64,000 bases of DNA from Tannerellaceae bacterium (GTDB taxonomy: Bacteria > Bacteroidota > Bacteroidia > Bacteroidales > CAMTPD01): NCBI GenBank assembly GCA_051656605.1, contig JBOGCF010000007.1:16556-80555 (forward strand), written 5' to 3'. The notes under the pieces are model-generated. The model was not told where the DNA came from. It saw only the letters and a program-made list of their open reading frames with translations, and searched no databases. A program made the translations under genes and the position numbers. Shown here piece by piece: positions 1-9,141 of this stretch; position 1 is the stretch's first letter; each line of letters begins with the position of its first letter.

Positions 1-1059
1 GCCCAAGATCATGTGATCGTTGTGAATCCTCCATTCCCACCTATGACGGAAACGGAGATCGACGCATCATTTGACCTGCCGTATACACGCCTGCCACATC
101 CAAAATATAAAGGGAAAGACATTCCTGCATTTGAGATGATTAAGTTCTCTGTCAATATGCACCGTGGATGTTTCGGAGGTTGTGCCTTTTGCACAATTTC
201 TGCACATCAAGGTAAATTCATTGCTTCACGCTCTAAGAAATCTATCCTAAAAGAGGTTGAAGCCATTACCGAAATGCCTGACTTTAAAGGATACCTGAGC
301 GACTTGGGTGGACCATCTGCCAATATGTATGCAATGAAAGGGAAGGATACATCTATTTGTGCTAAATGTAAGAAGCCATCATGTGTATTCCCTCGCGTAT
401 GTAAGAATCTCAATGCCGATCACAGTGCACTGCTTGATGTTTTTGCATCAGTGGAGAAAATACATGGCATCAAGAAAGCATTTATCGGAAGTGGTGTCCG
501 ATATGACTTATTACTGCATAAGTATGAAGACGGAAAACTTAAAAAAGCAGCAGATCAATATACGGAAGAACTTATCGAAAAGCATGTATCGGGTCGACTA
601 AAAGTTGCACCGGAGCACACTTCTGATCAAGTTTTGGGTATGATGCGTAAACCCTCTTTCAAACTATTTGAAGAGTTTACCACAATATTCAACCGTGTAA
701 ATGCCAAAAAGGGTATGAAACAACAGCTTATTCCATATTTCATCTCCAGCCACCCTGGTTGTACTGAAGAAGATATGGCATCACTAGCAGTACTTACCAA
801 GAACCTAAACTTCAAGCTTGAGCAAGTACAAGACTTTACCCCAACTCCTATGACATTGGCAACGGAGATGTATTATACCGGTTATAATCCGTATACCTTG
901 GAGAAAGTCTTTACTGCAAAAACAAAGGAACAGAAGCTAGGACAACGAAAATACTTCTTCTGGTATATGCCGGAATACAGAAAGGATATTACAAACTCTT
1001 TGCGAAAAATGAAGCGTCCGGATCTACTTGACAAACTCTTCCGCAAAAACAACAGATAA
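1..1059 (+). CDS. ygiQ: YgiQ-family (UPF0313) radical SAM protein, 5'-truncated by the window edge
   Basis: Frame open from base 1; HRGCFGGCAFC radical-SAM CxxxCxxC motif, DLGGPSANMY, LKVAPEH and EQVQDFTPTPMT motifs typical of YgiQ. Confidence 0.9.
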   Translation, partial: AQDHVIVVNPPFPPMTETEIDASFDLPYTRLPHPKYKGKDIPAFEMIKFSVNMHRGCFGGCAFCTISAHQGKFIASRSKKSILKEVEAITEMPDFKGYLSDLGGPSANMYAMKGKDTSICAKCKKPSCVFPRVCKNLNADHSALLDVFASVEKIHGIKKAFIGSGVRYDLLLHKYEDGKLKKAADQYTEELIEKHVSGRLKVAPEHTSDQVLGMMRKPSFKLFEEFTTIFNRVNAKKGMKQQLIPYFISSHPGCTEEDMASLAVLTKNLNFKLEQVQDFTPTPMTLATEMYYTGYNPYTLEKVFTAKTKEQKLGQRKYFFWYMPEYRKDITNSLRKMKRPDLLDKLFRKNNR

Positions 1060-1080
1060 CACCCTACTCTATATATTAAG

Positions 1081-1117
1081 AAAGCCGACTAATCATTTCT
1101 GACTAGTCGGCTTTTTA
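1081..1117. terminator. Bidirectional intrinsic terminator
   Basis: Inverted repeat aaagccgactaatca...tgactagtcggcttt between two convergent genes, with A/T tails. Confidence 0.8.
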
Positions 1118-1125
1118 TATCGAGG

Positions 1126-1887
1126 TTACTTCTCTTCGAGAATCTCCATCAATAATTGAGGCTTATCTGTTGTGATAAAATCAACTCCTTGTGCAATCAA
1201 AAACTCCATATCCTCTCGATTATTAACCGTCCACACATTTACTTTCAACCCTAAGTCATGAGCTTCTTTAATCCACTCAGGATGGATTTTGATCGTATGG
1301 ATGTTATAATCAAGACCGGCACATCCGATTTCTTTTAGTTTTGCCGGCTCCATATCACCTTCGAGATAATATACATCAGCATCGGGCATTACTTTTACAA
1401 ACTCCTTTACGGCATTCAAAGAAAAAGCAATAAAATCAGTTCGATCAGCTACCCCATAAGCTTTTATCAGTTTTGCAATACCAAGCACAGCCTCTTTTTC
1501 GCGCTCGTCTGAGACGTGCGATTTCAACTCAAGTACCAAATGCAGTTCGGGATGATCCAAAGCTTCACTAAAATACTCACTCAGCGTAGGCATGCTTTCA
1601 CCGTTACCAAGTTTCACTTTCACAGCCTCAGCAAATGTGATGTGTTCCATATCATGTCCTTGGAACTTTTTATCATGATTCACAACAAGCCTATTATCTC
1701 CTGTGAGCCAAACATCAAATTCAGAACCATATACTTTCAATTCCGCAGCATTTTGTAAAGCTGAAATTGAATTTTGAGCAGAGCCATCTTTCTTCCAATA
1801 GCCTCTGTGAGCAATCACTTTTGTATTTTGAGCATTCATACCAAAACAAATCAAAGTTAAACACAGTTGTATAAAAACACATTTCAT
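1126..1887 (-). CDS. Glycerophosphodiester phosphodiesterase (GDPD family), exported
   Basis: VIAHRG, SEFDVWLT, VVNHD, LELK, VNVWTVN and GVDFITTD motifs; start placed at ATG 1887 (MKCVFIQLCL, signal-peptide-like) rather than the ORF-track start at 1932. Confidence 0.9.
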   Translation of the reverse strand: MKCVFIQLCLTLICFGMNAQNTKVIAHRGYWKKDGSAQNSISALQNAAELKVYGSEFDVWLTGDNRLVVNHDKKFQGHDMEHITFAEAVKVKLGNGESMPTLSEYFSEALDHPELHLVLELKSHVSDEREKEAVLGIAKLIKAYGVADRTDFIAFSLNAVKEFVKVMPDADVYYLEGDMEPAKLKEIGCAGLDYNIHTIKIHPEWIKEAHDLGLKVNVWTVNNREDMEFLIAQGVDFITTDKPQLLMEILEEK

Positions 1888-2058
1888 CGTATTAGATTTT
1901 AGATCGATCCAATCACTATTACATAAACACAATTTTATAATAATTTGTTTTATATAGTTTCAATCAATCGAGATTATTGATACTAAGAGATATTCTAAAA
2001 TCTGTGCCAATTTAGTACAACAAATATTAATTAAACCAAGAGTCCGTTTTATTCTTAT

Positions 2059-2066
2059 TAACTTTG
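2059..2066 (+). promoter_or_regulatory. Bacteroidota sigma-A -7 element upstream of the BCCT gene
   Basis: taactttg matches the TAnnTTTG consensus, about 170 nt upstream of ATG 2237. Confidence 0.5.
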
Positions 2067-2236
2067 TAATCACAAATCCGGGGACGTATTTCTAAAATCA
2101 CTACAATTTTAATCATTTTCCCCATCTAAACTTCGACACTTAGCCACATCGAAGAAATTTCAAGTATAATCAATATCGACACTTAAGCATTTAATGTGCT
2201 TTAAATTCTCGTGCCGATATCTAAAATCTCTATTCT

Positions 2237-4237
2237 ATGAATATTAGGAATTTAAAACCTACTTTCTCGTTATCTATTTTACTACCTAGTTTATTTGTTA
2301 TCATCGGACTTTCTGTTTTCTCTGGGATATGGCCTGATAGCGCTTATAAATTACTTACATCCATACAAGACAATATTTTCCGCAATCTAAGCTGGTTATA
2401 CGTGATGGTTGTCTCAATCTTCATATTCTTTCTACTTTTCCTTGTTATCAGTAAATATGGAAAGATTAAATTAGGATCGAACACTTCGAAACCTGAATAC
2501 TCATTTTTCTCGTGGATATCGATGCTTTTTGCCGCGGGAATGGGTATCGGACTTATGTATTTTGGTGTAGCCGAACCTATTGCTCACTTTAATACAGAAT
2601 CTATTCATACAGCCCTAGATGCGGCCTCCAAAGCAAAAAATGCCCAACTATATACATTCTTCCACTGGGGCATACACGCTTGGTCGGTTTATGCTGTTAT
2701 TGGTCTTACATTGGCATATTTCGCTTATCGCTACCGACTTCCACTTTCACTTCGCAGTGCTTTATATCCATTGCTTAAAGATCGAATTTATGGAAAAATT
2801 GGCGACCTCACCGATATCTTTGCTTTATGTAGTACCTTCTTTGGAATTACAACAACACTGGGATTTGGCGTAGTACAGTTAAATGCAGGACTGGTAAGTC
2901 TCGGTATTTTACCACAAAGTGATTTCAAGTATCAAGTTGTCATTGTTATATTGGTTATGGGTACAGCTATTGTATCTGCACTTTCGGGACTAAGTAAAGG
3001 GGTGAAAATGCTAAGCCAAATCAACATTATTTCAGCGATAATTTTACTGTTATTTGTCTTAATTACCGGACCAACTGTCTACCTTCTCAGTGCTTTTTCT
3101 GAAGGTATCGGTTTTTACATCAACAAATTTACGTCTCTCACATTCGACACTCATGTTTACGAAGCCGAGCGCCTCAAATGGTTTACCAACTGGACAATAT
3201 TATATTGGGCTTGGTGGATCTCATGGTCGCCATATGTAGGACTATTTATTGCAAAAATCTCGAAAGGACGCACCATCAGAGAGTTCATTATTGCTGTATT
3301 AATCATTCCGTCTATTTTTAATTTCGTATGGATGACAATATTCGGTTCTAGTGCCATACAACTAGATATTCTATCTGGAACGAACGCTCTTAGTAAGCTC
3401 GTTAACAATCCCGACATCATGCTTTTTAGATTTTTACAAATGCTTCCATTTAGCTTCATTAGTAGTATTGGAGCACTTTTCATTATCTGCATCTTTTTCG
3501 TCACATCTGCCGATTCGGGTATATATATACTCAATAATATTGCCACAAAAAATGCAGAAAAATCCCCTGCGTGGCAAACGATATTCTGGGGAGTTCTACT
3601 TGGCTCTACAGCTCTTATCCTTTTAAATGTAGGAGGATTGGCATCACTGCAAACAACAACATTGATTATTGCACTGCCATTTTCTATACTAATGCTTCTA
3701 TTTTGTTACAATCTACTGTCTGCACTTTATATAGACCATCGTTACAATACGACCGGATTTTCCCACTCTACACACAACTGGACTGGAAAATTCTGGAAGA
3801 AACGTCTACGCAGCATTCTTACGTACTCACAAAAAACAGACATCAAAGAGTTTATACAAAAGACTGTTTCCCCGGCTCTGGAAGATCTTTCAGTCGAGTT
3901 ATCAGAACAAGGAATTGAAGCAGAAATAAAGATAAACCTTTCGGGAAGTCCATATATACAATTATCAATAGAACATCAGTCTATGAAAAATTTCACCTAT
4001 GGGGTAAAAGCTCAAAAACGAAATATTTCCGAAAACTTGCTTAACGAAACGAATGCACCATCCATTGAATCACAAAAAACTTTTATTCCTTTTACCTATT
4101 TCGGTGACGGCAGAAATGGGTACGATATCCAATATTTCACAAAAGAAGAAATCATCAGTGATATATTAAGACATTACGAACGCTTTCTCTTTATCGTATC
4201 AGACAAACGAAACGATCTATACATATTGGAGCCATAA
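2237..4237 (+). CDS. BCCT-family (BetT-like choline/glycine betaine/carnitine) transporter
   Basis: MLFAAGMGIGLMYFGVAEP, FFHWGIHAW, WTILYWAWWISWSPYVGLFIAKISKGRTIREF and FFVTSADSG signatures; long soluble C-terminal tail as in BetT. Confidence 0.92.
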   Translation: MNIRNLKPTFSLSILLPSLFVIIGLSVFSGIWPDSAYKLLTSIQDNIFRNLSWLYVMVVSIFIFFLLFLVISKYGKIKLGSNTSKPEYSFFSWISMLFAAGMGIGLMYFGVAEPIAHFNTESIHTALDAASKAKNAQLYTFFHWGIHAWSVYAVIGLTLAYFAYRYRLPLSLRSALYPLLKDRIYGKIGDLTDIFALCSTFFGITTTLGFGVVQLNAGLVSLGILPQSDFKYQVVIVILVMGTAIVSALSGLSKGVKMLSQINIISAIILLLFVLITGPTVYLLSAFSEGIGFYINKFTSLTFDTHVYEAERLKWFTNWTILYWAWWISWSPYVGLFIAKISKGRTIREFIIAVLIIPSIFNFVWMTIFGSSAIQLDILSGTNALSKLVNNPDIMLFRFLQMLPFSFISSIGALFIICIFFVTSADSGIYILNNIATKNAEKSPAWQTIFWGVLLGSTALILLNVGGLASLQTTTLIIALPFSILMLLFCYNLLSALYIDHRYNTTGFSHSTHNWTGKFWKKRLRSILTYSQKTDIKEFIQKTVSPALEDLSVELSEQGIEAEIKINLSGSPYIQLSIEHQSMKNFTYGVKAQKRNISENLLNETNAPSIESQKTFIPFTYFGDGRNGYDIQYFTKEEIISDILRHYERFLFIVSDKRNDLYILEP

Positions 4238-4279
4238 AAACAATCTAGTGCGAACTACTCCAATCTAACTAAATATAAA

Positions 4280-4318
4280 AAATAAAGGATGTACTTATTA
4301 TAGGTACATCCTTTATTT
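4280..4318. terminator. Bidirectional intrinsic terminator
   Basis: aaataaaggatgtac / gtacatcctttattt perfect 15-bp inverted repeat between convergent genes. Confidence 0.8.
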
Positions 4319-4329
4319 CTTGTCCACAT

Positions 4330-5409
4330 CTACTCAGGTATCGCAATAGCACTTGTTGTAGGTCCGTCAATTGTAAGAACCCCATTGCGAATATCCATCT
4401 TATCGATGAATACAACACGTTGATCTCCGGTTTCTGTTGTACGACCATGATATACACAATATCGATTACCATTATCTAATGTAACAACAGAGTTATGACC
4501 TGTTCCGGTTACATTTCCTCCCGATGTGATATTTTTTTGTAATACGGGATTATTAGAAGCCTTGGTAAATGGACCCTTCGGACTGGTTGCAGTTGCATAT
4601 CCTACAGCATAATGAGCTCCACCGAAATAATTCGCAGAATACATTAAATAATACAACCCATCTTGTTTGAGTATGAACGAGCCTTCGGTCCATCTACGAT
4701 TTACTTCTTTCTGCGTAACAGATCTGCTTTCCCATTCAGACTGAGGATCATTCATCGTTTTAGGAGGTGATAGCACTAAAACCGGTTCTGAAATCACACG
4801 ATCTAATTGAGGACTTAACTCAACTACATACACCCAACTCTCTTCTATCTCGTTAAACAACCCTTCGGCCCTAGCCCACTGAGCAACTTCAGATTCTACA
4901 GGGTTCTTGTAACAACATCGTGAGTAATACAAGAACACACGGCCATCGTCGTCGAAAAGAAGATTCCCGTCAATTACAGGATAACCCGGATCCCAAAGAG
5001 GTTTATCACTCATTTCTTTAAATGGGCCTGCTGGAGAATCCGCCTCAGCTACACCTATACGAAACATTTCCAACTCACCATTGGGATTCTCTTTCCAATT
5101 TGCAGAAAAGAACATATAGAATTTGCCATTACGCTCATACACCTCCGGAGCCCAAAAACAATCAACACCCCACGAGTCGTTCGTTTTCTCATACACTAGA
5201 CCACAATCTGACCAATTGATCATATTATCAGACACATAAGCTCGAAATCCATTTTCATTAGTAGTTCCATACATATAATATTGTCCATCAGATGCCTTAA
5301 TTACATACGGATCTCCAAATGCAACATCCAAGGGATTAGAGTACGTCTTTTTAGGCTCAGTACTACAAGCCGAAAGAATAATTACACCAAATAAGAGTAG
5401 TTTCTTCAT
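4330..5409 (-). CDS. Glycoside hydrolase family 43 lipoprotein
   Basis: Lipobox LSAC; GDPYV, FWAPEV, VIDG, TEGS, GHNS and VYHG motifs of the five-bladed GH43 fold. Confidence 0.88.
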   Translation of the reverse strand: MKKLLLFGVIILSACSTEPKKTYSNPLDVAFGDPYVIKASDGQYYMYGTTNENGFRAYVSDNMINWSDCGLVYEKTNDSWGVDCFWAPEVYERNGKFYMFFSANWKENPNGELEMFRIGVAEADSPAGPFKEMSDKPLWDPGYPVIDGNLLFDDDGRVFLYYSRCCYKNPVESEVAQWARAEGLFNEIEESWVYVVELSPQLDRVISEPVLVLSPPKTMNDPQSEWESRSVTQKEVNRRWTEGSFILKQDGLYYLMYSANYFGGAHYAVGYATATSPKGPFTKASNNPVLQKNITSGGNVTGTGHNSVVTLDNGNRYCVYHGRTTETGDQRVVFIDKMDIRNGVLTIDGPTTSAIAIPE

Positions 5410-5585
5410 AATGATCTATTTTATTACTGATTAGCTTAGCAAACTTCTAAATAAATTTGAACTCTACATAATTATTATCCATTCAAAAATATCACAAACC
5501 ATTCATTTTAAATCATTAATAAATAATCAATAAAGGCTTGAGTGTTCATTGTCCATCTTGAATTAAATTATGAAAAAGCCTCCGT

Positions 5586-7565
5586 TTATTCCGCTTTCAG
5601 AATTACTGCATCAGCAAATATTGGACCATCAGAATTCTCGCCATCAATAATAATCTCAGCTTTACCAGAATTTAGCTTATGGCAACCTAAATCGATCCAT
5701 TGCCCAATATGTTGTTTTGGATTTACAGAAATATCCTTTGTTCCATCAGCCGTCTGTATTCTTACAGCCATACGATTAGGCATATTAACTGGCTCAATCA
5801 ACGATGAACAATAAAAATAGATCGAATAGTTGGAAGCATGTTTTACATCCGGACAAAAAATAAACTCATTATTACTTGTATTAATATCCCCTTGAGCATA
5901 ACTATGTTTATAATAATAGCCTTCATGAGTTTGCCAGTTACCTCTACGCAATGTATTAGAATCCATATCATCCACTAATATATCCGGAATAGAACCATCT
6001 AAATACGGATCTAAAGCTAATTTATCTTGTAAAGCAACCACATCAACATCTTGCACAACATTATTGGCTTTATCGATAGCAATAGCAGCCGCGACAGCAG
6101 CACTCTGACCCAAAACCATAAAGACTGGTTCCATACGTAAAGATCCATATGCTATGTGAGATGAAGATACACAAACAGGCACAAGTAGATTTGTACACTC
6201 CTGTCTTTTAGGCGTTATACTTCTATAAGCAATTGGATAAGGAGGAAAACCACCAATCTGTACATCGCCCTCATTCTTGACCATTCCATCAATAATTATT
6301 CGCTGACAATTGTGTGAATCCATAATATAAGCAGCTAATCCTATCCCATCATCAACAACTTCAGCTCCTTCACAATTTTTCTGAGTCATCACATATTCTC
6401 CAATCATGCGTCGAGCTTCTCTAATGTATAATTGTGTTGGGAAATTATCGTTATCTATAAATTCATCTTTTGTCCATCCGAACTCATTCACTTTATCTCT
6501 CAACTCTTTCGGAACTCTAGCATCATGCGTCATAAAATACATCAATCCTTTGGTATAACTTTCATGATCTTTCCAAATTTGCTTACGTTCCTCATAGGTC
6601 GCCTCCGGATACTTATGATTCATTCCTATCATATCTGTCGACAAGGGACCTCTATTGTTTACATCGTATTTATCATCGGGCATCTCTCCCCAATTAATCA
6701 GCAAATACTTATTAATATCACAGCCAATACCTGGTATTGCTCGGGCCAATAATTCATACTTCGTGGAGTCATAATCTATAGGTCGCGTAAATGAAACTTT
6801 ATTCGCAGGATCATTTGTCAAGCACAATCGAAAATTATATGCCTGAATCAAGGAGTCTCCCGAGCCTATCGGATTATATGTATTTGTGCTTATTCCCCAG
6901 CACAAACCGGAAGTTGAGTCTCCTGGTACAATATAAGGATCAACACCATCGGGAAACTGATGCCAATAAGACAACTGCACGCCGTTAAAACTTTCTCCAT
7001 AGGTATCATTTGACTCACGACCTACAAAATAAGAAATACCGGCTTTAGCCATAAGATCACCCTCGTAAGTGCAATCTATATATTGCTTCGCTTTTACACG
7101 TATCAGTTCTGAGGTATTGTTATCTGCTTCCAATACAATTGACTGAATAGTTCCACTCGTATTATCAGCTTCAATAATTCGGTATTGACACAATACATTT
7201 ACATCGTTATCTGAAATAAAATGCTGCATTACATTCATTGCAATACTAGGAGGAAACATCCATTGCTCAAACTTATTATAATGCTTTCCTAGTTCTCTAT
7301 AAAACATTCGGGCCAATCCGGTAACTGCATATTTATTACCGATATCTGTAGCACCAAGCCCTCCGGTAGTCATCCCTCCAATATGTTTACTAGGTTCTAT
7401 TAACAAGACAGACTTTCCCATCCTTTTTGCAGACATTGCAGCTACAACTCCGGCAGAAGTTCCTCCATAAATACAGATATCTACTTCTTTTTTAGCCGCC
7501 TCAGCCGCAAAACAATCTGTCCACGCAAAAGAAGTTAGAAGTATGATGCATATTTGTTTTTTCAT
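5586..7565 (-). CDS. Exported FAD-dependent oxidoreductase with C-terminal Golvesin/xanthan-lyase CBD-like domain
   Basis: IYGGTSAGVVAA dinucleotide-binding motif, IDCTYEGDLMA, YIREARR, SSSHIAYGSLRMEPVFM; C-terminal beta domain ending ADAVIL; start placed at ATG 7565. Confidence 0.8.
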   Translation of the reverse strand: MKKQICIILLTSFAWTDCFAAEAAKKEVDICIYGGTSAGVVAAMSAKRMGKSVLLIEPSKHIGGMTTGGLGATDIGNKYAVTGLARMFYRELGKHYNKFEQWMFPPSIAMNVMQHFISDNDVNVLCQYRIIEADNTSGTIQSIVLEADNNTSELIRVKAKQYIDCTYEGDLMAKAGISYFVGRESNDTYGESFNGVQLSYWHQFPDGVDPYIVPGDSTSGLCWGISTNTYNPIGSGDSLIQAYNFRLCLTNDPANKVSFTRPIDYDSTKYELLARAIPGIGCDINKYLLINWGEMPDDKYDVNNRGPLSTDMIGMNHKYPEATYEERKQIWKDHESYTKGLMYFMTHDARVPKELRDKVNEFGWTKDEFIDNDNFPTQLYIREARRMIGEYVMTQKNCEGAEVVDDGIGLAAYIMDSHNCQRIIIDGMVKNEGDVQIGGFPPYPIAYRSITPKRQECTNLLVPVCVSSSHIAYGSLRMEPVFMVLGQSAAVAAAIAIDKANNVVQDVDVVALQDKLALDPYLDGSIPDILVDDMDSNTLRRGNWQTHEGYYYKHSYAQGDINTSNNEFIFCPDVKHASNYSIYFYCSSLIEPVNMPNRMAVRIQTADGTKDISVNPKQHIGQWIDLGCHKLNSGKAEIIIDGENSDGPIFADAVILKAE

Positions 7566-7585
7566 AATCAAGACTGTTTAAATTA

Positions 7586-7628
7586 AAAGCTCCGGATGAA
7601 TAGATCCAATCCATTTATCCGGAGCTTT
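7586..7628 (-). terminator. Intra-operon hairpin (terminator or RNA-stability element) after susD
   Basis: aaagctccggat...atccggagcttt inverted repeat. Confidence 0.6.
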
Positions 7629-7642
7629 ACAATTAAGTGTTA

Positions 7643-9130
7643 TCAATAACCCGGATTTTGAATTACTTCTCCTTTTCCTTCGTTAATAGCCCATTGTGGT
7701 ATCGGCATCAATACACACTCTTCACGAGTTGTAGTTGACCCTTTATATTCTCGAGCATATTGTATATATTTCCCATGTCTTATTAAGTCTTCTCTGCGAA
7801 TACCTTCAAACCAGAACTCATGTCCACGTTCGAGTAATATACTATCCAAAAAGTCTTGCAAAGAAGAAACATCAGCCAATGTTAAAGCCTCTAATCCTGC
7901 ACGCAAACGTACTTGATTTAACAAATCAACAGCTTCTTGAGTTGCGCCACCGGCATTACGAGCTATAGCTTCCGCTAATAAAGTTACAACATCAGCGTAT
8001 CGCAAAACAATCCAATCAACTTGACTTTCTTCTCCTGTCGCTGAGGGATCTTCCCCATATTTAACTGGTAAAGCTCCTTTTCTCAAAGCAACATGTGTAT
8101 CTTTAGTTGACTCATTGTAAAGCACTCCATCATTTCCTTTAAACTCACCTACAAGAACCTCCAATCTCTTATCCTTGGCTTCAAACGTATGATAAAAGTC
8201 CCAAGGGACACGATAACCATTCCATTTCTGAATTGCACTATTTTGTGTAGGATACTCACTTGGTAACACGTGTGCTAGCCAAAGTTGTGCATTCTTACTG
8301 TCGCATGTTGCAGCAAAAATGATCTCTTTATTACCTTCATTTTCTAATTTAAAAATACTAGCGTAGTCAGACATGAGTCCGTAGCCATACTCCGGATTCA
8401 AGAGTTCACGACCTACACTCTCAGCTTTAGCCCATTCCCCCTCATGCATGTACAACTTCATGAGAACCGTTTTTACAAGACCTTTTGTAAAACGGCCATA
8501 GTCGGTATCTGTATATTTGGCAGGTAACACCTTAGCTGCCTCGATCAAATCCTCTTCTATAAAATTCACAGTCCATTCTTTTGTAGGACGAGGAATCGCT
8601 TTATCAGCCAAAGGAGTATTCAACTCTTCTAGAGTAGCAACAGGAACAGGACCATACCAATTATAGAGCATATACAACATCCATCCTCGGGCAGCTCGTA
8701 GTTCCGCAGTAAGCCGAGCTTTCTTTTCTGCATTCATTTCTATTTTGGAAATACGATCCATTGTGATCGTAAACTTTCCAATATCTCTTGTATATTCATA
8801 AAAACGCCCAACGTAAGGTTCATTTGCATCCCAATTATGATACAAAGCTGGCCCCCAACTATTTTCGCCCCATTGACACTGACCTAAATCAGTAGACATA
8901 TCTCCAATTATCTGAATACCTCCAGATGCCACGGTAAAAATCCCACCATACCAATTGGATCGAAATGGCATATAACATGCATTTACCAAAGCAAATGCAT
9001 CTTGCTCTGTTTGTGGAAAGATCGTAGGATTAATAACATCATAGATCTCTGACTCTAAATTAAGACACGATGTATTTAACAATGAAAACGCGGTAATAAC
9101 CGATAGTGATATATTTCTGATAGTACGCAT
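7643..9130 (-). CDS. SusD/RagB-family lipoprotein
   Basis: Lipobox NTSC, YGPVP, LRYADV, ERGHEFWFEG and QNPGY terminus; start placed at ATG 9130. Confidence 0.92.
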   Translation of the reverse strand: MRTIRNISLSVITAFSLLNTSCLNLESEIYDVINPTIFPQTEQDAFALVNACYMPFRSNWYGGIFTVASGGIQIIGDMSTDLGQCQWGENSWGPALYHNWDANEPYVGRFYEYTRDIGKFTITMDRISKIEMNAEKKARLTAELRAARGWMLYMLYNWYGPVPVATLEELNTPLADKAIPRPTKEWTVNFIEEDLIEAAKVLPAKYTDTDYGRFTKGLVKTVLMKLYMHEGEWAKAESVGRELLNPEYGYGLMSDYASIFKLENEGNKEIIFAATCDSKNAQLWLAHVLPSEYPTQNSAIQKWNGYRVPWDFYHTFEAKDKRLEVLVGEFKGNDGVLYNESTKDTHVALRKGALPVKYGEDPSATGEESQVDWIVLRYADVVTLLAEAIARNAGGATQEAVDLLNQVRLRAGLEALTLADVSSLQDFLDSILLERGHEFWFEGIRREDLIRHGKYIQYAREYKGSTTTREECVLMPIPQWAINEGKGEVIQNPGY

Positions 9131-9141
9131 AATAGTCAAAT

